NCBI GenBank assembly: GCA_002269645.1
Contig: NIVC01004049.1
Span: 1-31,110, forward strand
Direction: 5' to 3'
From: Macrostomum lignano
Lineage: Eukaryota
DNA length: 31,110 nt
Positions 19,540 through 31,110 of the stretch are shown piece after piece. A model generated the notes under the pieces. That model had not been told where the DNA came from, made no database searches, and saw nothing but the letters and a program-made list of their open reading frames with translations. Each line of letters starts with the position of its first letter. The stretch's first letter is position 1. A program made the translations under genes and the position numbers.

Positions 19540-20520
19540 TAAGCTACATGTATCCTTGAAATCTTAAAAAATCTTCTGTCAAACCTTGTAAGCCTTGACA
19601 TGTCAGTTATCCCCCCCACAAGCTTTAACATATCAACTTCCCCCCTTGACATCTCAGCAATGCCCCCAATAAGCCTTGGAAATCTAAAAATATCTGTCAA
19701 CCTTCTAACCCTAACCCTAGCCTAACCCTAACCCTAACCCTAACCCTAACCCTAACCTAACCCTAAAGCATTGAAATTTCAGTAATTCTCTCTAAGAGTC
19801 ATTATAGCACTACTACAGCATTATAGCGATTCCCTGCAAGCCTCAACATCGTAGGGATTCCCAAATGAATCTCTTAACTTCGACATGAAGCTTCTTTTAT
19901 TTTTTACATTACGCTTTTTTATCAGCGATCCCTCCCCTGAGGAGGCATCAAATAATGTAATAAAAAGTTTTCAATAAACTACATGTAGCTTCTGACTTTA
20001 GCCTTGAAATTTCATTTATACCCCCGTGAGCCTTGACATCTCAGCTATTCCCCCCGTAAGCCTTGACATGTCAGCAATGGCCCCCATAAACCTTGAAATC
20101 TAAAAAATCCCCTGTTAACCTTGAAACCCGATAAAATATAACCCTCAACCCACACCTGACCTAAACCTAACTTTAACCCAACCTAAAGCCTTGAAATCTC
20201 AGCAATTCTTCTCCCCTAAGCCTTGACATTTTAGTGATTCCTTCTTTAAGAATAACAGCACTATAACGATTTCCACCAAGCTTTGACATCGTAGAATTCC
20301 CAAATGAATCTTTTAACTTCGACATGACTTTTATTTTATGTATACATAGTGCTACTTTTATTTTTTACATGACTCTTCTTCTATCAGCGCCCCCCCCCGT
20401 GACATGAACTTTGAAGTAGCTTCTGACTTTTGCTTTGACATCTCAGAAACCCCCCCGTAATCTCAGTTATTCTCTGAGAGCCTTTACGTCTCAGTTTTTC
20501 TCCCCAGCACAGCATTATAA
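19540..20520. repeat. Diverged tandem repeat of a ~435-460 bp unit, about 2.3 copies, with GCCTTGA(C/A)AT subrepeats
   Basis: CTACATGTA at 19544 and 19979; ATCAGCG at 19921 and 20383; shared order of internal blocks. Confidence 0.8.
19705..19766 (-). repeat. Interstitial telomeric repeat, about 10 CCCTAA units with variants
   Basis: Read directly; a degenerate counterpart lies at ~20140-20186. Confidence 0.95.
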
Positions 20521-20619
20521 TTGCATTTAATTTTTACATGAACCCTTCATGTCTGACATGACGTTTCTTTTATTCTACCGTGACGCTTCTTAATTTTTTA
20601 AATGACACTTTCATTAGTT

Positions 20620-22030
20620 TTTAAATGAGGCTTCTATGATTTTTTCTTGACGCTTCTATGATTGTTTACATGACGCTTCTATGATTGTTTACATGACGCT
20701 TCTATGATTGTTTACATGACGCTTCTACGATTTTTTACATGACACTTCTATGATTGTTTACATGACGCTTCTATGATTTTTTACATGGCGCTTCTATGAT
20801 TGTTTACATGACGCTTCTATGATTGTTTACATGATGCTTCTATGATTGTTTACATGACGCTTCTACGATTTTTATATGACGCTTCTATGATTTTTTAAAT
20901 GGCGCTTCTATGATTTTTTAATGACGCTTCTATGATTTTTTACATGACGCTTCTATGATTTTTTACATGACGCTTCTATGATTGTTTACATGACGCTTCT
21001 ATGATTGTTTACATGACGCTTCTATGATTTTTTAAATGACGCATCTATGATTTTTATATGACGCTTCTATGATTTTTTAAATGACGCTTCTATGATTGTT
21101 TACATGACGCTTCTATGATTGTTTACATGACGCTTCTATGATTGTTTACATGACGCTTCTATGATTGTTTACATGACGCTTCTAAGATTTTTTACATGAC
21201 GCTTCTACGATTTTTTACATGACGCTTCTATGATTGTTTACATGACGCTTCTATGATTTTTTAAATGACGCTTCTATGATTTTTATATGACGCTTCTATG
21301 ATTTTTTAAATGACGCTTCTATGATTGTTTACATGACGCTTCTATGATTGTTTACATGATGCTTCTATGATTGTTTACATGACGCTTCTACGATTTTTAT
21401 ATGACGCTTCTATGATTTTTTAAATGGCGCTTCTATGATTTTTTAATGACGCTTCTATGATTTTTTACATGACGCTTCTATGATTTTTTACATGACGCTT
21501 CTATGATTGTTTACATGACGCTTCTATGATTGTTTACATGACGCTTCTATGATTTTTTAAATGACGCATCTATGATTTTTATATGACGCTTCTATGATTT
21601 TTTAAATGACGCTTCTATGATTGTTTACATGACGCTTCTATGATTGTTTACATGACGCTTCTATGATTGTTTACATGACGCTTCTATGATTGTTTACATG
21701 ACGCTTCTAAGATTTTTTACATGACGCTTCTACGATTTTTTACATGACGCTTCTATGATTGTTTACATGACGCTTCTATGATTTTTTAAATGACGCTTCT
21801 ATGATTTTTATATGACGCTTCTATGATTTTTTACATGACGCTTCTATGATTGTTTACATGACGCTTCTACGATTTTTTAAATGACGCATCTATGATTTTT
21901 ATATGACGCTTCTATGATTTTTTAAATGACGCTTCTATGATTTTTTACATGACGCTTCTATGATTTTTTAAATGATGCTTCTATGATTTTGTAAATGACG
22001 CTTCTATGATTGTTTACATGACGCTTCTTT
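20620..22030. repeat. 23-bp satellite (ATGACGCTTCTATGATTGTTTAC and variants), about 60 monomers
   Basis: Continuous array; monomer length varies 22-24 bp with the T run. Confidence 0.97.
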
Positions 22031-22849
22031 TTAAAAAGTCTTTTAGTTTTCCTGACGTTGAAAAGCTTTAATTAAAAAAATTATACTCTATGAAAATTCA
22101 AACCATCGTCACTGCATTTAGCAGTTCAGTTTGTTCACCTTTAGGCTAGCTCTCATCGTTTTGATAACATCAACTTTTGCATTTATATAACTTAACACTT
22201 TTAAATCCAAGCATAGAGTAAATCACACGAAGCAGTTATGACATAATCAGTTTCTCAGTCAGTCAGTATCAGTTAACAATATGGTTACGCAATTTAAATC
22301 AAGTCTGGTGCTACGCTTCCACACTGCATTTTCAATTCAAGTCAGAGTTACAATTCAGTTATGATGCAATCTATTTCAGAGTCAGAATTCAACCAGTCAG
22401 TTTTTTCTCTAGCATTCTTACAATGCATTTCAAGTTAAAAAGTTTGCGTGACCTTTGCAAAAAGCATGTTTTTCGAATATTTAATGCCTTTAGCATCGAT
22501 CAATTTCTTAGCCACGATGCATGTACCGTCACGGGAAAATTTCTGATCGAACAGTGCAAGTTCGAACAAAATCGGTCCAGCCATTTTTTCTCTAATCTAT
22601 CACATATATATATACATACAAACAAATATTAGAGATTTAGTTTATTTAGACGAGTGGAACTCCTCCTCTGGAGGAAAAAGGGGAAGAACTCCCATCACCG
22701 GAATTCTGAAGGGGAAGAACTCCCATCAGCTGAAATTCCATGACTTGAATCCCATCTTCCAAATCATCTCCAAATCCTCTACAATGCATTTCAATTACCG
22801 GATATCTAGTTTTCCCTATTTGCAAAAACTCACTGGCATTGTCCAGACT

Positions 22850-23705
22850 CGGACTCTCATGTCTCTGCTCTCATTTCTCATATCTCATATCTTTCATATC
22901 ACCCTCTCCTTTCTTATCTTCCATCTTTCTGCCCTCCTTACTACCGTCTCTTGTCACCTCTCTTTTCTCTCCTCTCCATTCTTTCTTCTCCCCTTTCCTT
23001 TCTCCTCTCATCTTTTCCCCTCTCTTCTCAAATCTCTCTCTCTCTCTCTTTTCTCACTTATCTCTTTTCTATTTGCATCTCTCATCTCTCATCTCTCTCC
23101 TCTCATCTGTACTATCTTATTTATCTCTTCTCCCAGGTCTTTCAAATTTACTCTCTCCTGTCTCCTCTCTCCCCTCGTCTCTCCTCTCTCATATCTCTTC
23201 TCTACTCACTTATCTATTCTCTCTACTCTGCTCCCCTTTTACACTTTCCTATATGCTCTCACTCTCACTCTCTCCTTTCTTATCTCCTGTTTTTACTTTC
23301 CTTTCTACCACCTGTCTCCTCTCGTTTCTCTCCTCTCTGCACTCTTATCTTTACCCTCTTCTTTTCCCTCACTACTTTCTTCTCTTAAATCTCTGATCTC
23401 CGATCTTTCATCTCTCTCCTCTCACCTCTCACCTCTCTCCTCTCTTTCCTCTCTTCTATTGCCTCTGTGCGCTCTTATCCCTCTTTTCTTCTCTGTCCTG
23501 TCTCCTCTCTGCTATCTCATATCTCCTCTCTCATATCCTCTTCCTTCATCTCCTCTCTCCTCTTCTCTTCTCTCTCCTTCGTTCCCGCCTTACTTCCCTC
23601 TTCTCTCCCATCTGTAATGTCTAATCTCTCCACTCATTTCTACTCTGTTTTCTATCATCTCATCTCTCTTCTCTTTTCATTCTTCTCTTTACTCTCTTCT
23701 CTGAC
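22850..23705 (+). repeat. Polypyrimidine (CT-rich) low-complexity tract, unit 1
   Basis: Strongly G-depleted CT-rich sequence on the + strand. Confidence 0.95.
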
Positions 23706-23719
23706 TGATTGAAGATGCC

Positions 23720-24040
23720 AAATCCATCAAGATCCTCTCCGCGAAGCAGAAATCCTGTCCGTGCAACTGAAAACCATCGAAATCCTCTCCGTGAAACTGG
23801 ACTCCTTCGAAATCCTCTCCTTGAAACTTAAATCCATCAAAATCGTCTCCATAAAACAGAAATCAATCATAAATTATCTCTGCGAAACAGAAATCCTCTC
23901 CGTGAAGCTGAACATCATCGAAATCCTCTCCGTGAAACTGAACACCATCGAAATCCTCTCCACGAAACAGAAATCCTCTCCGTCAAAATTAAAACATTGA
24001 AATTGAAACTGGACTCAATCAAAATTTTTCCGTCAAACAA
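23720..24040 (+). repeat. GAAATCCTCTCCGTGAAAC-core subrepeats, also at ~25660-25920, ~27000-27130 and ~30090-30600
   Basis: Core recurs at about 18-30 bp spacing just before each TTAGGG block. Confidence 0.9.
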
Positions 24041-24060
24041 CTCAACTCTCCGGATTCATT

Positions 24061-24098
24061 GGTTAGGGTTAGGGTTAGGGTTAGGGTTAGGGTTAGGG
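24061..24098 (+). repeat. (TTAGGG)6 inside unit 1; shorter blocks at ~25946-25960, ~27169-27191 and ~30616-30638
   Basis: Read directly; every block follows ATTCATTGG. Confidence 0.97.
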
Positions 24099-25224
24099 CA
24101 CAGCTTCGTGTTAAAAGGCACTGATAAAAATATTGAACTAATTGAATCAATTCACTGCGCAACCGAATTCACAGTCAGTCAGTATCAGTCTCAGTTAAAG
24201 TTAACAAAAACATTGCGCAATCTAAATCAACCCTCCAATACACAGCAGCAGTGAGAAGTTGAACCCTCCCCCCAACTTTATCTATTCGTCTCGCAAAACT
24301 GAGTACAATTTTTGCAAAGTTAAAAGTATGCAAATAGTTTTTTAAATGCTGTGCTTTTTCTTTTCATATTTAAAGCAAACAACTTATATCCCGAACTCAG
24401 CGTTGCAAGATCTTTCCAGCAATATAAGTTTCTCCTCTCAAAGTTTAAAACTCGAGGAACAGTTAGCGTTTGAAATTTACCGATTTCCCGACTGCTTGCT
24501 AGAGAAGCTCGCAATTCATTGAATTTCACTGCCAAACTAATACACAGGGCTGCCTATAGAAAAAAGGCGCCAATAATAAAACCAATTGAATCTCGACACA
24601 GTCTATCTGTTTACACTGTACAACTGCTATGTACACTCAGCCCAAGCCCAACCCCCGTTAAATTTAACTCAACCCCCAACACGAGGGGGTTTTATTTGCA
24701 TTGAACCCAGAACACGCGCACCCACCACCCCTCAATACACAGCGGCCCGCGGGCGGAGGTTGGGGTGGCTATTTTTACAAACTGGCTGCAGCCCCAGTCA
24801 GAGTGGCCAAAGAAGGTTATTGGGGGTTAAAAAAGCAGTTTTCTGCTTTTTTAGGGATGTTAAAATGTGAAAATTAAAAATTAAAATAGCCTAAAGCCTG
24901 CTCCGGAAAATTTGCAGTTTTCCCATATAAGTTTCAACGCTGACTTGGCAGAATTGTAGGAGTTCACTTACTACATACATACATACAGACAGACAAACAT
25001 CGCTAGAGTTTTAGTATAAGGACGAGGCCAACTCCTCCTCTGGAGGAGAAAGGGGAAGAACTCCCATCACCGGAATTCCATTCCCTGAAATCCATCAGCT
25101 GAAATTCCATGACTTGAATCCCATCTTCCAAATCATCTCCAAATCCTCTGTAAAGCCTTTCAAATACCATATCTTGTTTTCCCTGTTCGCAAAAACTGAC
25201 TGCCATTGTCCAGACTCAGATTCT

Positions 25225-25645
25225 TCTGTCTCCTCTCTTCTCTTTTCTCTCCTCTCACGTCTCTCATCTCTACCACCTTATTTATCTCTTCTCCCTCGTC
25301 TTTCGTCTTTCTCTTCTGTCTCCTTTATCCCCTGTTTTCTCCTCTCTCCTCTCTCCTCTCTTCTCTCCTCTCTCATCTCTCATCCCTCATGCCTCATCTC
25401 ACTATTTCTTTCTCCTCTACTCTCAGCTCCTCTCTTCTCTCTCCTCTCATCTCTCCTGTCTCCCTCTGCTATCTCATATATTCCCTCTCATCTCCTCTCT
25501 CCTCTTTTCTTCTCTCTCCCTCTTCGTTCCCGCCTTACTCCCCTCTTCTCTCCCATCTGTCATGTCTAATCTGTCCTCTCTCATCTCTACTCTCTTTTCT
25601 ATAATCTCTTCTCTCTTCTCTTTTCACTCTTCTCTTTACTCTATT
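25225..25645 (+). repeat. Polypyrimidine tract, unit 2 (shorter)
   Basis: Same composition, with blocks shared with unit 1. Confidence 0.95.
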
Positions 25646-28600
25646 TACTGACTGACTGAAGATACCAAATCCATCAAAATCCCTCCGTGAAACAGAAATC
25701 CTCTCCGCGAAACAGAAATCCTCTCGCGAAACAGAAATCCTCTCCGTGAAACTGGGCTCCATGGAAATCCTCTGAGTGAAACTGACATCCATCAAAATCG
25801 TCTCCGTAAAACAGAAATACATCTAAATTCTCTCCACGAAAAATAAATCCTCTCCGTGAAACCGAAAACCATCAGAATACTCCGTGAAACTGGACTCAAT
25901 CGAAATTTTCTCTGTCAAAAAGAACTTAACTTTCAGAATTCATTGGTTAGGGTTAGGGTTCGAGCTGCACAGAGCTGCGTGTTGAATTAATTGAATCAAT
26001 TAATTGCGCAAACCATTTCTCAGTCAGACAGTATCAGTCTTATTTAAAGTTAAATAAACAGTTGCGCAATCTAAATCAACCCTCCAATACACAGCAGCAG
26101 TGAGAAGTTGAACCCTCCCCAACTTTATCTATTACGTCTCGCAAAACTAAGTACAATCTTTGCAGAAAGTTAAAAGTATGAAAATAGTTTTTCAAATGCT
26201 GTGCTTTTTCTTTTCATATATAAAGCAAACAACTTATATCCCCAAACTCAGCGTTGCAAGATCTTTCCAGCAATATAAGTCTCTCCTCTCAAAGTTTAAA
26301 ACTCGAGGAACAGTTAGCGTTTGAAATTTACCGATTTCCCGACTGCTTGCTAGAGAAGCTCGCAGTCGCAATTCATTGAATTTCACTGCCAAGCTAATAC
26401 ACAGGGCTGGCTGCCTATGGAGAAAAAAGGCGCCGATAATAAAACCAAATGAATTTCGACACAGTCTATCTATTTACACTGTACAACTGCTATGTACACT
26501 CAGCCCAAGCCCAACCCCCGTTCTGGGGAAGCATTAAATTTAATTCGACCCCCCAACACGCGGGGGTTTTATTTGCATTGAACGCAGAACACGCGCACCC
26601 ACCACCCCTCAATACACAGCGGCCCGCGGGCGGAGGTTGGGGTGGCTATTTTTACAAACTGGCTGAAGCCCCAGGCAGAGTGACCAAAGAAGGTTATTGG
26701 GGGTTAAAAAAGCAGTTTTCTGCTTTTTTAGGGATGTTAAAATGTGAAAATTAAAAATTAAAATAGCCTAAAGCCTGCTCCGGAAAATTTGCAGTTTTCC
26801 CATATAAGTTTCGACGTTGACTTGGCAGAATTGTAGGAGTTCACTTGCTACATACAGACAGACAGACATACAGACAGACAAACATCGCGTCGGTTTTAGT
26901 ATTAGGACGAGGCCAACTCCTCCTTCGGAGAAGAAAGGGGAAGAACTCCAATCAGCGGAATTCCATTCCCTGAACTCCATCAGCGGAATCCCATTTTCCA
27001 ACACCTCTCCGCGCAACAGAAATCGTCTCCGTGAAACTGAACACTATCGAAATCCTCTCCGTGAAACTGAACACCATCGAAATATTCTCCGCGAAATAGA
27101 AATCCTCTCCGTGAAACTGGACTAAATCGAAATTTCTACGTCAAACAGCCCAGCTCTCAGAATTCATTGGTTAAGGTTAGGGTTAGGGTTAGAGCTACAC
27201 ACAGCTGCGTGTTGAAAGACGCCGTAAAAACATTGAACCAATTAAATTGCGCAACTTATTTCTCAGGCAGTCAGTATCAGCCTCAGTTAAAGTTAACAAA
27301 AAGATTGCGCAATCTAAATCAACCCTCAAATACACAGCAACCGACCCCCCTTCCAATACGCAGTGCAGCTAGAAATTGAACCCCCCCCTCACCAACTATT
27401 GGGGGGTCGGTCGAACCCCCATTGAACTCCAAAATGAGAACAATCTTTGCAGAAAGCTAAAAGTATGAAAATCTTTTCTTGAATGCTGTGAATTTAATTT
27501 TCATATTTAAAGCAAAAAACTTATATCCCCGAACTCATCGCAGCAAGATCTTTCCAGCAATATAAGTCTCTCCTCTCTAAGTTCAAAACTCGAGCAACAG
27601 TTAGTGTTTGAAACTTTCTGATTTTAAGCATTGAAATATCGAGTGTACGTTCACTGCCTGCAACAGTGAATTGCAATTGTCTATACAGTCAGCCCGTGCG
27701 CCAAGGTCCAAGTGCACACGAAATGATTGCGCAATCTAAATCAACCCTCCAATACACAGCGACTGACCCCTTCCGCAGTGGCAATTAAAAGTTGAACCGC
27801 CCCCCTCCCACCAACTGTTGGGGTTGGTCGAACCCCATTGAACCCCAAAATGAGTACAATCTTTCCAGAAAGTAAAAAGTATGGAAGTTGTTTTTGATCG
27901 CTGTGTTTTTCTTTTCACATTTAAAACAAACAACTTATATCCCGAACTCAGTGTTGCAAGATCTTTCCAGCAATATAAGTCTATTTTTTTAAAGTTTAGA
28001 ACTCGAGCAACAGTTAGCGTTTGAAATGTCCCGATTTAAAGCATTGAAGTATCGAGTGTACGTTCACCTGCCTGCTAAAAGGCTCGCATGTTGATGCATT
28101 GAATTTCAGTGTGCAAAAAATACACCGGGCTGCCTAATTGAAAATCAGAGCACGTATCGTTGCGCTATTGTCTATACAGTCAGCCCGTGCGCCAAGGTCC
28201 AAGTGCACACACGCCGCCACTGAGACGCGAGCACCCCACTGGAGCGAAAATACACTGCAGAGATAGGAGAAAGTTATGGCGCAATCGCTCAAAATTCATG
28301 CAAATTTTAGCTCCAAGCAGAAAGAGGGACAAATAAGATTATCAAAGGTCAAGATTGCAGTTTTTTGCTTTTTTCGGGATCTTAAAATGTAAAAATAAAA
28401 AATGAAATAGCCCACTGCCATCCTCGGAAAATTTGCAGTTTTCCCATATAGAATATATAGAATAGAAGCATAGAATTTCACTGAACCCCCAAAACGCGGG
28501 GGGGGGGGTTTATTTGCATTGAACGCAGAACACGCGCACCCACCAACCCTCAATACACAGCGACCCGCGGGCGGAGGTTGGGGTGGCTATTTTTACAAAC

Positions 28601-28989
28601 AGACTGCCAACTCTCTTACTGGAAAGACAGAAGGGCCAAAGAAGGTTAAAAGCAGTTTTCTGCTTTTTTAGGGATGTTAAAATGTGAAAATTAAATTAAA
28701 ATAGCCTAAAGCCTGATCCGGAAAATTTCTGTTTTCCCATATAAGTTTCGACGCTGACTTGCCAGTTGTCTAGGAGAAAAATCGCAACACACACACAAAT
28801 CATCGCACCAGTTTTAGTATTAAGACGAGTGGAACTCCTCCTTCGGAGGAGAAAGGGGAAGAACTCCTATCACCGAATTCCATTCCCTGAATTATCCATC
28901 AACTGAAATTCCATGTCTTGAACCCATCTTCCAAATCGTCTCCAAATTCTTTACAAACCTTTCAAAGACCATAGCTCAAAGACTCTTAC

Positions 28990-30075
28990 GTCTCTCATAT
29001 CTACTCTCTCCTCTCTTCGCTATTATCGTGACTCGCTTCTCTCTCCTCTCTCTCATCTCATCTCTACCCCTACTCTCTTATTTATCTCTTCTCCCTCGTC
29101 TTTCGTCTGTACCCTATCCTGTCTACTCTCCTATCTTCTATCTTATCTCTCCCCTTTTCTCTCCTCTCTCATATCTCATCTCTAATCACTTATCTATCGT
29201 CTCCGCTCTACTTTCTCTCTTCCCTTTTCTCTCTTCTCTCTGCTCTCATTTCTCGTATCTCTTATACGCTCTCGCACTCTCCTTTCTTATCTCCCATCTT
29301 TCTTCCCTCCTTTCTACTGCATCACCTGTCTCCTCTCTTCTCTTTTCTCTCCTCTCCATTCTCTCTTCTCTACTCTCATCTCCCCTCATCTCTTCTCTAA
29401 TCTCTAATCTCTTCTCTCTCTTATTTTCTCACTCATCTCTTTTCTCATTGCATCTCTCATCTCTCCTCTCTCTCTCTCCTCTCATCTGTACTATCTTTTT
29501 ATCTATTCTCCCAGGTCTTTCAAATTTACTCTCTCCTGTCTCCTCTCTCCCCTCGTCTTTCCTCTCTCATATCTCTTCTCTACTCACTTATATATTCTCT
29601 CTCCTCTGCTCCCCTTTTACACTTTCCTATATGCTCTCACTCTCACCCTCCCCTTTCTTATCTGCTGTTTTTACACTCCTTTCTACCACCTGTCTCCTCT
29701 CGTTTCTCTCCTCTCTGCACTCTCATCTTTACCCTCTTCTTTCTCCTCACTACTTTCTTCTCTTAAATCTCTGATCTCTGATCTTTCATCTCTCTCCTCT
29801 CACCTCTCACCTCTCTCCTCTCTTTCCTCTCTTCTATTGCCTCTGTACGCTCTTGTCCTCCTTTCTTCTCCATCCTGTCTCCTCTCTGCTATCTCATATC
29901 TCCTCTCTCATATCCTCTCCCTTCATCTCCTCTCTCCTCTTCTCTCTCCCTCTTCGTTCCCGCCTTACTTCCCTCTTCTCTCCCATCTGTCATGTCTAAT
30001 CTCTCCACTCATTTCTACTCTGTTTTCTATCATCTCATCTCTCTTCTCTTTTCATTCTTCTCTTTACTCTCTTCT
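28990..30075 (+). repeat. Polypyrimidine tract, unit 4 (longest)
   Basis: Right part is near-identical to the unit 1 tract. Confidence 0.95.
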
Positions 30076-31110
30076 CTGACTGATTGAAGATGCCAAATCC
30101 ATCAAGATCCTCTCCGCGAAGCAGAAATCCTGTCCGTGCAACTGAAAACCATCGAAATCCTCTCCGTGAAACTGGACTCCTTCGAAATCCTCTCCTTGAA
30201 ACTTAAATCCATCAAAATCGTCTCCATAAAACAGAAATCAATCATAAATTATCTCCGCGAAACAGAAATCCTCTCTGTGAAGCTGAACATCATCGAAATC
30301 CTCTCCGTGAAACTGAACACCTTCGAAATCCTCTCCGTGAAACTGTACACCTTCGAAATCCTCTCCTTGAAACTTAAATCTATCAAAATCGTCTCCATAA
30401 AGCAGAAATCAATCATAAATTTAACTCCGCGAAACAGAAATCCTCTCCGTAAAGCTGAACATCATCAAAATCTTCTCCGTGAAACTGAGCACCATCGAAA
30501 TCCTCTCCACGAAACAGAAATCCTCTCCGTCAAAATTAAAACATTGAAATCGTCTCCGCTAAACTGGACTCAATCGAATTTTTTCCGTCAAACAACTCAA
30601 CTCTCCGGATTCATTGGTTAGGGTTAGGGTTAGGGTTAGAACTACGCACAGCTTCGTGTTAAAAGGCACTGATAAACTATTGAACTAATTGAATCAATTT
30701 ATTGCGCAACCGATTTCACAGTCAGTCAGTATCAGTCTCAGTTAAAGTTAACAAAAACATTGCGCAATCTAAATCAACCCTCCAATACAAAGCAACTGAC
30801 CCCCTTCCTATACACAGCGCCAGTTAGAAGTCGAAACCCCCAACTTTATCTCTCACCTCTCGCCAAAATGAGTACAATCTTTGCAGAAAGTTTAAAGTAT
30901 GGAAATAGTTTTTGCAATGCAGAGCTTTTAGTTTTCATATTTGAAGCAAACAATTTATATCCCTAAAATCAGCTTTGCAAGTTCTTTCCAGCAATATAAA
31001 TTTTTTCTCTCAAAGTTAAAAACTCGAGCAACAGTTTGCGTTTGAAACTTTCTGATTTAAAGCATTGAAATATCGATTGTACGTTCACTGCCTGCTAAAG
31101 AGGCCCGCAA

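Larger units (their letters stand above)
22651..31110 (-). mobile_element. Head-to-tail array of non-autonomous Helitron-like composite units: 22651-25022, 25023-26907, 26908-28825, 28826-end (partial)
   Basis: Four junctions read hairpin...CTCG|TC on the minus strand; short microsatellite near each TC end; shared internal blocks. The repeat is certain; the Helitron assignment is inferred. Confidence 0.65.

Noticed and set aside
19705-19766. True chromosome end or fusion scar
   Set aside because: All telomeric tracts are short, internal and embedded in repeat units; the opposite-facing tracts are more than 4 kb apart.
22745-30079. Long Ser/Leu/Pro/Phe-rich ORFs such as 22745-23617, 25114-25604 and 29028-29774
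   Set aside because: Artefacts of CT-rich tracts where stop codons are rare; all frames are open and most starts are not ATG.

Overview
Eukaryotic, probably animal, repeat-dense DNA; no host gene could be supported. Bases 1-~11567 are the right-hand part of an endogenous Polinton/Maverick (adintovirus-like) element. It carries a protein-primed PolB broken by about 10 small indels, all before ~2630, followed by eight uninterrupted ORFs: adenain-like protease, hydrophobic-hairpin protein, coiled-coil protein, A32-type packaging ATPase, two proteins with G-x-G motifs, major capsid protein and penton. It ends in an 82-bp subterminal array and a candidate terminus. No integrase lies in the window. 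Further right are a 5'-truncated, GC-rich RTE-like non-LTR retrotransposon with a candidate TSD, a 29-33 bp minisatellite, Tc1-derived MITEs, a gypsy-type integrase scrap, a ~450-bp tandem element carrying (CCCTAA)n, and a 23-bp satellite with a 525-bp higher-order repeat. From 22651 to the end is a head-to-tail array of 1.9-2.4 kb units with Helitron-like ends, each carrying (TTAGGG)n. All family calls come from motif recognition by eye; no searches were run.
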